Positions 42,911 through 59,000 of a DNA stretch of 64,000 nt are shown here, piece by piece. The stretch lies in the NCBI RefSeq assembly GCF_009914755.1, contig NC_060940.1, one strand, 5' to 3'. The translations under genes were made by a program, and so were the position numbers. Numbering within the stretch: the first letter of the stretch is position 1; each line of letters opens with the position of its first letter. Origin of the DNA: the human T2T-CHM13v2.0 reference genome, Homo sapiens. The notes below the pieces were generated by a model. It did no database searches and was not told the origin of the DNA. It saw only the letters and a program-made list of their open reading frames with translations.

Positions 42911-44001
42911 GTGAGTTGCAAATATTCTTAGATTGGACTATGCTAACATTTTGAAATTAAACCTACCTGTCTTTAAATGAGTTGTTGGCTGCCCCTCCCC
43001 CGGCCCCGTATTCTCTTTGTGAAGTAGAGGCTTCCAGCACTTTTCTGAAGGAGAAAACATTTATTTCTCATTTTGTAGAGGCAAGACCAAATTTGTGTCA
43101 GCTTCAGCTGAGACCACTGGCCAGCCCTCCTTCTCACCTCCCAATTCCGTAATCTAATTTATCTCAGTGGGGTTTGTGGGGGTTCATTTAAGCAGCAGAA
43201 GCTCTGCTATAATTGTTGCATGTGCCAGCAACGATTTGTACCATCTGGGTATGGAATGAGGTGGGGTAAGGTGGTTTGGAAAGAGAAAGGAACAGAGAGA
43301 GACAAAGAGACTAGTACGACCAAAGAGAAAGATTCTTATTCCATGACCAAAGCAATATCATTCAAAAATGGCTACAAAGCAATTGGATACTAAGGAATGA
43401 GAAGCAATGTAGTTAGAGTAAAATGTCAAAGTATAATGAAACAGAGGAACATCACTACTTTATGATCCAGCCAAGTTACAGGCAGGTGGCAGCTGTAAAT
43501 ACGCATATAAATAACAATATGGATGAAATGTCAGACCTTTCAGCTGGCTTGTTTAAAGCACTTTAGTAATAGTCTATTTAGGGTAACAATGTAGCTTGAC
43601 AATTTCCATGAAAAATACATCATTGGAGAATGAGTCAGCCCGCGTTAGCGTGTAGGTGATGTGCATTGTGCTAAGAGCTTAGAACAACACACGGTGCCTG
43701 GTGCATCCCCCACCTGCCTAGAATGGCCAGTTGCTTCATATTCCATGAGGTTACGTTGGTTTTCTGGCATTGGGTTGCAAATGCTTGTCTTTCCCATTAC
43801 AGAAAGTACCTTTTCTCTCTTATCAGTAACACAGGAAAATAAATAAATGATCAATGCCTCAGATCCGGGGTCTTACCTGTGGAAAGGTGTGGATTGATAT
43901 CTTTATTTATTCATGCATGAAATGTATCAGGCACTTGCTGTGGTGCCAAGGATCTAAAAAAGTGAACAAAAAGATGTATAGGCTCAGACTTCATGAATTT
44001 T

Positions 44002-44814
<813 letters not shown>

Positions 44815-45268
44815 TAAAAGGACGAGCAGGGGCTGGTCCTTTAGAAGGCATTGTGTTCATAGTGTATGACAGTAAGCCAGGAGCTCTGAGAAAACAAATG
44901 GCACTTTGATGAGCAGGCACTGTATATAGTTTCATACACACGTTAAAGCGTGTATAGAGGATGTGTAAAACATCCACTTCATGCCAAGCACTGGTCAACG
45001 TACTGAGGGTGCCTGAGTGTAAGACAGCATCCTTGCCTCTGAGCAATGCACAGACTAAGGAGATGGAAGTCATAGAAACCACTGACTGAAGTGTTGGGCA
45101 CCCTGATGAGATTATGAAGCACGGAGGAGCACCTTCAGCCTTAAGATGGCATTCCTAGAGTGCATGTCCTCTAAACAGAGTCTTCACCAAAGGCTAGAAG
45201 TTGTCCTCGCAAAGAAGGAGTGGAGGAAGAGTTGGTCTTCTGGTAGGGAGATTAAGAAAGCCATAGCC

Positions 45269-45571
45269 AGCTGGGCACAATGGCTCATGCCTGAAATCTC
45301 AGCAGTTTGGGAGGCCAAGACGGGTGGATTGCCTGAGGTCAGGAGTTCCAGACCAGCCTCACCAACATGGTGAAACCCCGTCTCTACTAAAAATACAAAA
45401 ATTAGTTGAGTGTGGTGGCCCATGCCTGTAATCCCAGCTACTCAGGAGGCTAAGGCAGGAGAATCGCTTGAACTCAGGAGGCTGAGGTTCCAGTGAGCCG
45501 AAATCATGTCACGGCACTCCAGCCTGGGCAGGAGGGCGAGACTCCGTCCCCCACCAACCCCCCCAAAAAAA
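45269..45571 (+). mobile_element. Alu (AluS)
   Basis: Dimer; TSD catagcca; C-rich tail. Confidence 0.93.
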
Positions 45572-46827
45572 GTCATAGCCAATGTCTTCCCAGGAAGTCA
45601 AGGAAGCAAGGAAGATGCCCAGGATCGGTAGACAGAATGCTGGTGAAGTAGATGGGGGTGGGCCCTCTTGACCAGTGTCTTGCCAGATTTTCTTAAAACT
45701 GTACCATATCAAAGGCAGATTGTCTCCCAAGTTATCAAGTCAAACTCGTGTTCTAGCCCTGCAGCTCACCCTGTTTTCCATCATATGTGTGTTATAGGCT
45801 ATTATAGATATGATCAAGTTGAGTTTATAAGGTCCAGAATTCCCATGCATGTGAGAAAGTGTGAACTGAAGCCACCTGTTGGGTTATGTCCCCTACCTTG
45901 GTGCATGAAGGAGAACTACACAAAGATGTGTGGTATCAACTCATGGAGACAAGACTCTATCTACAGGATAGCAAACATTTGGATAGCACTTGAGAAGGAA
46001 TATGGTGGAGGAATGAGTTTTTATCTAAGCCAAGATCCAACCATCTCTCGATGTATACATTTCTACCATGAACATGTGCAATTGCCCATCTGTGTTTTCT
46101 TTCCCTTTTGAGATTCCTCTTGACTTTCTGGGTCCTGGGGAAGTCCTCAGGACAAGGATGGACCTAGGCAAGTTACATCAGGTACCACAGTGTTAAAGAG
46201 TGATTATCACAGTTTGCTCCTCACACTTTATATTTGGCCAGCCCTGGGCCAACCCGTTTTCCCAGCCCTGGGCCATACCCTTTTCCAATAATAAAGCCCA
46301 TTTTTTATGATTTTGCTCATGGGTTCATTTATTGATTTGTTCAACCACAATAGGGCACTACCTATGTGTCAGGTACCATGCTAGGCACAACGGATTCGAT
46401 AGCAAACCAGACCATTGTATTTTCTGCCATCTTGAAGCCTCAGATTGCATCTGGAATGAATATTATTAGAAGCAGCTAGATTTTGATTGGAAATTCTCTC
46501 TTCTGAATCCTTTAGCCTACCAAATGCTTTGGTTCTAGCTAAATAAGTGGTGGTTTTATTTCCTTTGTAATACCTGAATATGTATTCCTTGGATACATCA
46601 CCCTCCCTATATTGAGAAGTTTCACGTTTCAACAGCCTCATTCTTTCTCATCCTTGTGGAATGCATGTGCATGTATGTCTCTGTGCACATGCATCATAGG
46701 TTTCTATCCAGCCTTACTCTCCATGCAAGAATATAACAGCTCCCAGAGTTGTTTGCAAGAAAATATTAAATATTTACATAGATATGGACATTTTGTGGGG
46801 ATAATATAAGAAATCTTATTCACACTT

Positions 46828-47145
<318 letters not shown>

Positions 47146-47307
47146 TCACATTTCAATCAATGATAGTCACTGACATTGAAACTTACTATGAGCCACTGTG
47201 ATGTCCAAGATTCATTCTCTGTTTTTATTCTTACAGCACCCCTATTAGGTAAATATTATTAATGTCCCCTGTTTGGAAATGTCAAGTTCAATCCCTTTTA
47301 TTAAGGG

Positions 47308-47474
47308 CAGGGCCAGCTTTAAGGGCACATTCCCTGCATGGTCATGCAGGGCCCCAGGCTTTGAAGAGCCCCGCATGTGGTCTTATGCTATAGCTGGAAT
47401 TCTTAATGATTTTTGAACAAGCGTTCCTACATTGCCCTTTTGCACTGCCCCCAGAAATTATGTGGCCAATCCTG
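47308..47474 (+). mobile_element. MER53 (hAT) with 8-bp TSD attaaggg
   Basis: CAGGGCCAGCTT...aattcttaatgatttttgaacaag...aaattatgtggccaatCCTG flanked by attaaggg on both sides. Confidence 0.85.
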
Positions 47475-48207
47475 ATTAAGGGGCAGGGCAGGGCTCTGTG
47501 GAGGGTTGATGTACCCACAGCATCCATCCCTTTAACCGTTCCTCCACGTTAGGACCCTCCTCTCAACATTGCCTATCCTAGAGGGAGCCCCCCTTATACA
47601 AATACAGAAGGTACCTGGTTCATTCTTCAAGCTGTGTGTGGATTCTCATTGTGAAGTGAATCACCTTTTAATGTATAGTCACCCAAGTACATCTGCTATG
47701 TTGATATATCACTTGTTTTATGGGCCGGGATTAATTCCAAAGTAAACACTAAGTACTCAGCTGAAAAGCTGTAAACACAAGACAGGACGTGCATCTCCAA
47801 CTCCCAGCATTGTTTGCCAAGGTTGCAAGTCCCTCTATGCTTTATCCTGTTTGGCGTAACAAAATCTTCGTGTAATTTGGTCTCAGCAGTCATTTCAAAT
47901 TGATTTTAAGAGTTGCAGGCAAGGGGGTATTGTGGTTGGGAGAACACACCTTCACGTGCATTTTGCCTCCCTTTCTTGCCTCAGCATCACCCAACGGTCT
48001 TCCTGGGATGTTCACCTTCCTGAGCTTGATGGGTGCCCGTAGAATCGCCACCTATGGCTGTGCTCTGTGCAAGCAGGCCTGCAGTGGTAGCAATTGCAGG
48101 AGGCAATCTACTCCAAGCCTTCTATTCAAGCCCTGAGCCCTGGAGCAGGGCTATATCAGCTTGGAGGAAAGGGCATATTTTGGGTATTCTTCCACTCGGA
48201 AGGTGTA

Positions 48208-48541
<334 letters not shown>

Positions 48542-49079
48542 TGAATGCAAGCAGTGGCTCCAGATATCCAGGAGGTCACACAGTTGACTGTTGTGTCATG
48601 GAATAGCAAACACTATCTTCCGATCTGTGTCCTGGGTGCTGGGCCTCCTGACATTGGTGACCCAGTTCTGAATTCCAGAATGACAGTTTTAACATTAGAT
48701 TTTGTTAGTTTGTCCATCTTATTTTTATGGCATTAGTGTTGCGTGGATTGAAAATCACACGTACACGGACACATCTATTTACGTATAAATATGCCTTGCC
48801 TTGCATTCTTCTATCTTCTTTACTTAAGTGGTGAGATGTTTGGGTTTCTTCATGCAGTGACTTTGGGGAAGTCCCTGGAGCTCTTTGATGCTCTGTTCCT
48901 TCTTCTTCAAGCTGTATTTGATTGTGAATGTTCCTTGTGAAGTGTTTTAAATCACAGGTATCTAATCCCCTTTGCTTGGTTTGAGGGATTTGGCTCTGTT
49001 GCCCTCATATTTTCAGCCTAAGAGGGCCCTCCCCATTCCTCCCAGGGACATCTAAAAACGTTTATCTTCTTGTGTGCAG

Positions 49080-49600
49080 TCTGGAAGATTCTTCTTATGA
49101 GCATCTAGCCTCACACCAAGCAGCCAAAGTTGTCTTAAAAAAAAAATAGCATCTTTGATATGATCCACTTGGCCACAGCAGCTTCATCACCCCCTCCCCA
49201 ATACTCTAATGTCCAGTTAACGTATATTCTCAGTCCCTCCAACAAGCATGATCTTTGTGCCCCAGGACATTTGCACATGCTGTTTCCTGAAAGGCTACAT
49301 TCCACAGTTCCTACCCTGGTGCCTGCTTGGTTGGTATATTCAGCCTTGCTCAGCTTGGACATCTCCTCTTTAAGGACATACTTCCTGATTCACCTTCCAA
49401 ATCAGAACAAAGCTTCCTGTTCTTTGCCGTATTCCAGTAAGTTGCCAACTCACTGGACCTTTTCTCATGGTGTGCACCACACGTCTCTACTGCCAGAGCC
49501 ATATGCATTACAAAGACAGGGACCTTGTCTCTCTGGAGCCCTAAGTGTGTCCTTAAGGTTTGCAAAGGACCAGCGTCTAATGACCATGTGAATGCAGGAA
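49080..49600 (+). mobile_element. L2 fragment
   Basis: ggacatttgcacatgctgtttcct...cagcttggacatctcctct... Confidence 0.6.
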
Positions 49601-49859
49601 TTATGTGATTGTGTGTCTCTCTGCCTTCCCCTAAGTCTGCCGTGTCCCTGGGCCAGTCCACTTTGTGCCCAGATGCTCACTTTCCCATGCTGTCCTGGAG
49701 CATGTGCTCCTCAAATCTCTCCTTGTTCATGTTCTGAGAAAGAAAATAACTCATGCTAAGCTTTCCAAGTAGACAGAAAATGAGCCATGCCTCTCTAGCT
49801 GCTGTTTTTTAAAATTTTATTTTACTGTTGCTTATTTTTTGTCATTGTTAAAGGAAAAA

Positions 49860-50320
49860 AACATTGACTTCTCTGACCTACTTCCCTAGCATTCTTTCCC
49901 TTTCCTCTTGGCCCCTTTGCAAGCCCTTGAATATCATAGGAATATATTCCCCTTAAGGTCTTTTTGACCACTATGTCTTTTGTCTAGAATGCAATTTTTT
50001 TCAAGTTCTTACCTAGTTCACTCCCTCTGCTCCTTCTCAGCTTAGCTCATTACCTTTTCAGATAAGACCTCCTTGACTCCTCCATTAAAATCAGACCCCC
50101 TCTTCACTCCCACACACCCTGTGTTCCTTTCCTAGCTGACTTTTGCCATATTGCTTATCACCATTTGACATACTATGTATTTTATGTTTCATTTGTGTCT
50201 GTCTTTCTGCACTAGCATGTAAGCTCCAACCGGGTAGATATTTTAGCATGTTTTGTTTGTTGCTATATCCTTGGAGTGCCTTTCACAAAGTAGGTACTCA
50301 TTGAATATTTGTTGAATGAT
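49860..50320 (+). mobile_element. L2 3' end
   Basis: actagcatgtaagctcca...gtaggtactcattgaatatttgttgaatga. Confidence 0.75.
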
Positions 50321-50326
50321 TAAACC

Positions 50327-50507
50327 TATGAATGGATGGGTGAATGGATGGATGAATGATGGATGGATGGATGAATGCAATAGATGGATGGGTGAGTGGA
50401 TGGATGGATGATGGGCAGATGAATGGATGTAACAGTTGGGTGGGTGAGTGGATGGATGAATGACGGGTAGATGTATGGACTGAATAGGTGGGTGGGTGGA
50501 TGGATGG
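50327..50507. repeat. (GGAT)n-type simple repeat
   Basis: Degenerate tetranucleotide array after the L2 tail. Confidence 0.9.
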
Positions 50508-51688
50508 GCAAAAGAAAGAATTTGGCCTTGGGTTTTAACATCAGTAGTAATCTCTACTTTCTAGACATTGAGTTTTAGGATGGATACCAACAATTATTAT
50601 GTTTTGAGACACACTTTCTGGAGAAAGTCCAGAGATCCTTTTAACTCACTTGGCATGGGCAATTATTACCTTGCACTTGCCATTTTGTACAAAAGTATGT
50701 TTGGTTCCGTTCCTTCCTTCCTTCTCTGGCAAATTGAAAATTATGATGGAAATAAGAATTTCCAAAAACCTGTGGAGGTGAAAGAAGACATAAAAACAAA
50801 GCCACAGATTATTGTACATTTCCTGTTGCCAGATTAAAGCCTTGCATCCACTGTGTGGAACAATTTAAAATTTCATCTGTTAATTGGAAAAGTTACAGAT
50901 ATTGCAGCCATTCACCTTATATTGCGGGGGGACAGTTCTAGTTTAAAATATTCTACTATGCTGTGTCTGTAAATCACAGAAATTACCTAGAAATTGCACC
51001 ATTTTGGCATTTCAAAATATTGCTTGCACCTGGAAATAGCACCAGAAAATCTTTCCCAGATGCAGTTTGATTTGGAAAATATAATAAATGTAGTTTTGGG
51101 ATTTAACTTTTATTCTGGTCCATCTTCTTTTAGATGCTTACGGGCCACCATACATACACATTTATTACTACTTTTACCCTACCCACTTGGTAAAAGTTTT
51201 GTATTTTATTTTTTTAACTGACAACTTGTTAAAGACAGAAATTATGTTTTAATAGTTTATTGGTTGGATAGTTTTAGCAACAAGTAATTGAAAATGGAAA
51301 TAAAATTAGTTTAAACAAGAGAAACAGGTATGATTTCACAAGAATGTTAGCAAGAATTCAAGGGATGAGGCAGACTTAGGGTTAGATAATTCAGTTAATT
51401 CATCAATTCGAAAATATCATTAAGGTTTCAGGTTTTTGCAATATTTCTCCTATGCTAGTCTGATTGTATTTGCTTATCCTCTTAGGCTGTCATTCCTCCT
51501 GTTTCTATTATAGCTGCCATTGCTCCAGACATCATGTGGAAACTGCAACACCCAGAAGAAGAACAAAAAATATCCCTGTTTAATTTTCCTTTTTAGGAAA
51601 ATCTCCCTAGCCAGCCCACGTATCTCTTCCACAGACTTCTGGTATTTCATTGGCCAGATTATATGATTTGCCTTAATCATTTAGCAAA

Positions 51689-51689
<1 letters not shown>

Positions 51690-51739
<50 letters not shown>

Positions 51740-51848
51740 CATATGTGTGTGTATATATGTATGTGTGTATATACATATCTAATATATATCTAATTATGTA
51801 TGCCTTATATATAATATATACATATATATATCTAATATACATATATAT
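51690..51848. repeat. Compound (TA)n/(TG)n microsatellite
   Basis: Seen directly. Confidence 0.95.
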
Positions 51849-51849
51849 T

Positions 51850-52040
51850 AGAGGGGAACAACACACAGTGGGGTCTACCAGAGGGTGGAAGGTAGGAGGA
51901 TGGAAAGGATCAAGAAAAAATAACTATGGGTACTAGGCTTAATATCTGAGTGATGAAATAATCTGCACAACAAACCACCATGACACACGTTTACCTGTGT
52001 AACAATCCTGCACATGTACCCTTGAACTTAAAAAATTTTA
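51850..52040 (+). mobile_element. Older L1PA (about L1PA13-16) 3' end
   Basis: gaggggaacaacacac...gggtactaggcttaata...gtaacaatcctgcacatgtacccttgaacttaaaa. Confidence 0.85.
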
Positions 52041-52462
52041 AACAATGAGATATCTAAATGAATGAATGAATAGATAAATAAATAAAAGCTATTGTGTTGA
52101 AGAAAAAGAAATTATTAGGTTCCCAAAACTGCATTTCCAGCCTCCCTCCCAAAATTTCTGACTTGATATGTCTTGGGCAGAGTCTGATATTCTGCAAGTT
52201 TTACAAGTTCCCTAGTGATACGAAAATGGCTGGTTCTTGGACCTCATTTTGAGACCCATCAACATGGAATAATCAAGATTGATCTCCTTGACATTGTGGA
52301 GAAGCTCGACTCCCTTGAAGGACAAGGAAGCCATGTAGTGAGTGAGGTCTTTAGGTTTCCGTTAGCCAGATAATTATCTTTTGTTTAGTTAGCTAAGAAT
52401 AACTGATACAGCTGACAACTTATGGCAATAACATTATATTTCACGTGGTTGATAAGAATTGA

Positions 52463-52781
<319 letters not shown>

Positions 52782-53596
52782 AAAGTAATTTTTAAATAAA
52801 ATTTTATAGAATAATTGAGGATGAATGTAGAATTTAAGTCTGAGTTGTGGTTAAGTGTATTTCAGACACCCTCCAAGAACTTAGAATTGACATTCAGCTC
52901 TACGCAGTATTCCAGGTCATTTGTGTGTCTGTTTTTGCATTTCCAAAAGCCGTACGTTTTCTTGGAATTCATAACAACCCCATTCACTGGGTTGAGCAAA
53001 TATTACTGGAAGATGATATGATAATCCACATCCAGCAGGAGAAAGCTGGGGCTCACAGAGGTTAAGAGTTTCCCAGCCCTCGGAGGTAGTGAGTGTTGGC
53101 ATTAGAGCTTACAGCAGCATCCTCTCATATCTCTTAGCGAGCTTCTGGGATGTGAGGGGGCACAGGCATTTTGCAGTGACTGTGAGAGCCCTCAGTATCA
53201 GACCATCCTTGGTACCCACTCCAGAGAGACTTCTACCCTCCCATTTGTTCTTGTCTTTTAATTTTTCAGCCTCCTGTGAGGTGAACGGATGTCAAGGAGG
53301 ATTAAAGAATGAAACATGCTTATTTTCTCTCCTTACGTGCCTGAGGACAGGCCAGTGAGCTGTGGGGACAATAGAACTGTGAAAATCTTCTCCTGGGGTT
53401 CTTTTCTTGGTATTTGGCCTGACATACCAGGGAAGCTACTACCTCTGTGAAGTTGTGGAGGGCTCCTGCCCAGCCTTCGGAGGGAAACAGCGGGTCACAA
53501 AGAGAGTTTTCCATATTTACATGATTGCATTTGTTGCTGTTTTAATGGCTGCTGTAACAAATCACCACAAATTTAACAGAGTAAAAGAAACACCCG

Positions 53597-53845
<249 letters not shown>

Positions 53846-54306
53846 TTATCTCACAGCTCTGTGGGTTAGAAGTGTAACTTCGGCATGACTCAACTGGGTC
53901 CTCTGTTTAGAGATTCACAAGACGGAAAGGCAGAAGTTAGCAGGGCTTTGTTTCTTACTAGGGGTTGTGAGAATGAATCCACTTCCAAGCTCACTCAGCT
54001 TTTCCTGGTTCAGTCCCTGGCAGTGGTGAGACTGAGGCCCTCAAAGCTTTGCTGGCTGTCAGCAGGGAGATAGCCCTGGCCTTCAGAAGCTGCCCGTATT
54101 CCTTCTCCTGCTGTCCAGCGACAGCTACTCGAGTCTCTTTTTGCTTTGAATCTCTCCATGTTTCTCTTTTGCCACATCACTCTGACTCTAGTTGGAGAAA
54201 GTTGTCCACCTTGAAAGGCTCATTCCATGAGACTGGGCCCACCCAGGTAGTTCAGCTCTTCTCCTGATCTCAAGATCTGTAACTTGAATTACATCTGCAA
54301 AGTCCT

Positions 54307-54977
54307 TGTCTTAGCCTGCTTGGGCTGCCATAACTAAATGCCAAAAACTGGTTGGCTTATCAACAACAGAAATTCATTGCTCACAGTTCTAGATGCTGGC
54401 AAGTCCAAGATCAGGGTAGAGTGAATGTCAGGTAAGGGCCCACTTTTTGGCTTATAGAAGATTCCCTCTTGCTATGCCCTCAGATGGTAGAAGGGACTTG
54501 CAGGCTCTCTGGAGTGTCTTTTAAAAGGGCATGAATCTAGCCAGGCATGCTGGCTCACCCCTGTAATCCCAGCACTTTGGGAGGCCATGGTGTGTGGATC
54601 ACTTGAAGTCAGGAGTTCAAGACCAGCATGGGCAACATGGTGTAACCACATTTCTACTAAAAATACAAAAATTAGCTGGGTGTGATTGTGGGTGCCTGTA
54701 ATCTCCGATACTCGGGAGGCTGACACAGGATAATCACTTGAACCCGGGACGTAGGGGTTGCAGTGAGCCAAGATTGCGTCACTGCGTTGCAGCCTGGGCG
54801 ACAGAGTGAGACTTGGTCTCAAAAAAACAAAAAAAGGTACAAATCCCCATCAACAGAGTCCTACCCTTATGATGTAATCACCTCCTTAAGGCCCCGTCTT
54901 CTAATACCATCACCTTGGTGTTAAGATTTCACCATATGAATTAGGGGTGAGAGGACTTAAACATTCAAACCATAGCA
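54307..54977 (-). mobile_element. MLT1A/MST-type MaLR LTR nested in MLT1 and split by an Alu
   Basis: tgtcttagcctgcttgggctgccataac...acattcaaaccatagca with TG...CA ends. Confidence 0.8.
54539..54835 (+). mobile_element. Alu (AluS)
   Basis: Dimer with A tail. Confidence 0.93.
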
Positions 54978-55109
54978 GTCACCTTTGCCATGTAAGGTAA
55001 CATATTTATAGATTCCAGAGATTAGGGCATGGGAATATTTGGGGGGCTGTTCTGCCTACTACAATGATCTCATCACAATGATAAATGTTAGCAGACATTG
55101 CTCTGATAA

Positions 55110-55360
55110 CGACAACAGCTGCTATTTTTTAAATGTCACTCTATACCAGCCACTGAGATAGATACTTCAAATTGATTGGATCATTTAATCCCCATCACAA
55201 AAGAGCAAAGTAGAGACTATTATTCATCTCATTTTACATGTATATTTTTTAAAAAGCCAAGACATTGAATGCTTTGGTGTCTTGCCCTGGGTGACTCAGA
55301 AGGAAAGTGTGAAGCTGAGACCCTAGCCAGGAGGTCTGACTCCAAAGCCTTGGCTGCTAA
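55110..55360 (-). mobile_element. MIR SINE
   Basis: tcatttaatccccatcacaa...ctattattcatctcattttaca...ggtctgactccaaagcc. Confidence 0.7.
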
Positions 55361-55952
55361 TCTTTTTGCATAACCCATGTCTTCCTTGTATCTATGCCAT
55401 CTTTATGATCTGCTTACTTGTACATTGCCACTCCCTTCTGGTGCTCAATGGCTCTGATTTCCTTAAGATAGGGCTACATTATTCACCCATTACAGACCAC
55501 TCCAAGACATGTGTTTTGCTCAATGATTGTGTGTGCACCTGTGCACCTATGCACATGTATATAATGGTGGACAGTTTAGCCATTGGAGCTCCCCAGTAGG
55601 AGCCAGTGACATTAGTCACATCCAGAAACACAGTAAAATGATCACCATCGCAGGTGAACGCTGACTCTTTTCCAAAGGAATATCGCAGAAGCTGGTAAAA
55701 CAGTCGCATCCAAGATCAAACAAGACATCGGCCACTGGAGGATGGTGGTCACTTCTGCAAAATGGATCAGGAGGATTTAGAAAGTCATTATGGCAGAATG
55801 GGATTTGGGGTTGCCAAGGCCTATTGGACCTCTTTTCTAGTAATTTCACCCCTTTCAGGGACATCTACAAGCTATTGTTAAAAATCCCTGAGTGTTTGGC
55901 TCTCCATTTCGTCTTCTGTTAAATGAGGCAATATCTACAATGTCCTCTCTAG

Positions 55953-56310
<358 letters not shown>

Positions 56311-56399
56311 TATTGTCTCTCTTCTATCCCTTGGAATTGCCTTAAGCTAGCATGTTACCTCTTCCAGGGCATGGCACGCCTCCTGCTGTCTCTTACCCG

Positions 56400-56760
56400 G
56401 TGTCTGCTAAGCTCATCCTTAGAACCCCAAGTTATTTTCTACGTCAGGGGCTTTGCATATTTTACTTTTCCCACCTAGAATCCTCCTTTTGACATTCTTT
56501 ACAAACCTAGCTTAATCTTGTCAGCAAACTCTCAGCTCACATGTCACTTCCTTAGAGGATCCTCTGATAAGCCCAATTGAAGTACACACTCATTAAAACT
56601 TGTAATTAATTGATTTTCTGGCCTGCCTTCTCGTGTTGGGTGGGATCCTCTACAAATCTGTAGGCGCCATAAGGGCGGAGACCTTGACTGTTTCATTTGT
56701 TCTTGTGTCTCAGTGCCTCAGCTGTACATGTAAGTGAAATAGGTGTTTGTGGAATGACTT
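56400..56760 (+). mobile_element. L2 fragment
   Basis: tcaggggctttgcata...tctcagctcacatgtcacttccttagag. Confidence 0.6.
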
Positions 56761-56984
56761 GGGAGCAGCACCGTCATCTCTACTTTCCTATAAGGAGTCT
56801 TGTGCATGGCCTAGCACATATTCTGTCCCCAAGTCCATGGAAAGCACTGCCTGCCAGGCTATTTGTGTCATTTCAGGAAAATAAGACAAAGTTAATAGTG
56901 GTGGTAATACTTCACTAGCTTCCAAGATTTGTCAGGAATATGCTGTCTGCTTTTCTAAAGCCCACTCTTTACTGGAGTCTTAGA

Positions 56985-57155
56985 GTATACCCTGGGGATC
57001 CTTTGCTTCTGGGTCAATAGGAGCACTCATTAAATGCAGATTTGTGGGTCCCTCTTCAAGCCGATGAATCAGAATCACTAATGCTGAACCCCAGGAATAT
57101 GCATTTATAACAGGCAACCCAGGTAATTCTTGTCTACACCGAAGTGCTGGAATAA
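56985..57155 (+). mobile_element. MER5A
   Basis: aaatgcagatttgtgggtccc...tgaatcagaatc...ttataacaggcaacccaggtaattct. Confidence 0.65.
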
Positions 57156-57639
57156 CTGATGTCGAGTGTTTGATATTAACTGTTATCTGTTCATACATAC
57201 ATTTTTTTGCCCCAGAGCATCTCATGGTGCTTCTCTAAGCAATTTTGTTGCTTAAAAGAATGACAGACTGGATAACTGGAAGCAGACATCTCTCTAACAG
57301 ATCTCATCGTTCCAGTTTTAAGTAGAAAGTGCATCATCTGTGTTTTCTGATCCTGAGCTTAGGTTGGAGTAAACCTGCTCAGAGACTTTCTCCAGGATTA
57401 GCTAGCCCTGGGGCACAGGGGAAAAGATGCCTGGTTTTAGGCAACAGTGAACACCATCTGGGTCAGCAATAGGATTCAACTGCCAAAAAGCTAGCACAGT
57501 TGTAATTTGCATCTAATAAAAGGAGATTTATAGAACAACAATCCTTACAGCTCTACTCTGAAGTATTGTACGTACAGTTAATGTCATTGCTGTTTATGGT
57601 TTTACCAGACCTATACTATTTAATAGAGATAATAAAGGT

Positions 57640-58070
57640 TAAGTTAAGTGAATGCTTATTTTCATGCCAAGCTAGCGCTTCTAACTGCATTATCTCATTA
57701 AATTCATACCACTTCCCAGTGAGGCAGGTACTCATGTTTCCATTTTAAGGATAAGAAAAGAGGGGCTTAGTAGCTCGGTTTTAAAAAGTCACCCCAGGTC
57801 CTAGGGTGGTTAATGGAGCCCAGATGTGAAGTTTGCTTCAACTCCACGATGTCCTGCCTTCATCTGAGCCTCCCCAGGAAGACAGGGCTCGGAATATTCA
57901 GGAAATGTCATTGATCTGGATCCCAGCTCTGCACTCACTAGCTGTGTGTCCTTAGCAAGGCATGTTACTTTCTGAATCTCAGTGTCCACATCTGTAAAAT
58001 GGCAACAGTGACGCTTACCTGCATGAATTATTCAGTGATGATGCCCAGGTATCCACATCATTCCTAGGTG
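57640..58070. mobile_element. Two MIR copies in opposite orientation
   Basis: Reverse MIR at about 57640-57840; forward MIR at about 57910-58070 (cccagctctgcactcactagctgtgtg...catctgtaaaatgg). Confidence 0.65.
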
Positions 58071-58814
58071 TGTGCAATCAAGGGAGTTATTTGATTAAAC
58101 AAGCTGCTCTGATTGTATACACAATGCTAGGTTGGGGACACCACACTTCCAAAGGAATAAGGACAAATTAGAGCAGGAAGAGACCAAAATGGTAGAATGA
58201 CCAGGAATGGTCTCTATGAATTTGAGGATTTTCAGCCACAGGAGAGACTGATTTAATCAACACATATTTACAGAGCACCCACTCTGCTCCAGGGCCCTGT
58301 GTTAGGCACCTGGAAAACAGAGGCGAACCAAACAGATATGTCTCTTATCTCTATGTAGCTTCAGAATATTTAGCAAACACTGCATATAAATATGTACATA
58401 TTTTAAATTGCGATATGAAGGATAAGTAACACAAGCATCTAACAGAGGTAACTGATAGAGTATCTTCTAGAGAGGAAATCAGACTTCTTTGCATCCCTAT
58501 GTGCTAATATAAGAATTCTGAGTTAAGCATAATGACACGGAGAACTTTCCAATGAGTCTCCTAGGCGACCTCTCAATAGGGAACAAGTGCTAAAGACAGA
58601 CAGCTGCTGGGTATGGCTGTTGCAGGGGGTCTCATACATACCAAGTCTTATAGACTTGGCAGTCTTTAAGGTCAACCAGATTTTATCTGTCTGCCTTCTA
58701 GGGTTTTCTTGAAGACGTGCACTTTGAACAAAGAGGACATTGGGATGTAACAACCACAGTGGTTGAAAAACCCCAAATGCCCAGAGAGAACATTCAACCC
58801 TTAGAATGTTAGAG

Positions 58815-59000
58815 AGGGCAGTATAATATAATGGGTGAGAACATGGATTTTGGAATGAAATAAACGTGGGTTCAAATCCCAGCTCTGTCATTTAGTAGCT
58901 GTGGGACTTTGGGCAGATAATTCAACTGTAAAATTGTGGTATGATAATAAGAGTGACCTTGCTAGGGTGTCTGAGGATTACATAAGATTGTATACCTACA
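58815..59000 (+). mobile_element. MIR SINE
   Basis: gggttcaaatcccagctctgtcatttagtagctgtgggactttgggcag. Confidence 0.8.

Noticed and set aside
43865-43900. Minus-strand recursive-splice-like motif cctttccacag|gtaaga
   Set aside because: Antisense to the inferred host strand, with a short pyrimidine tract; expected by chance in 64 kb
46238-46287. 24-25-bp tandem duplication ccagccctgggcca...ttttc
   Set aside because: Ordinary two-copy slippage duplication with no spacers; not CRISPR-like
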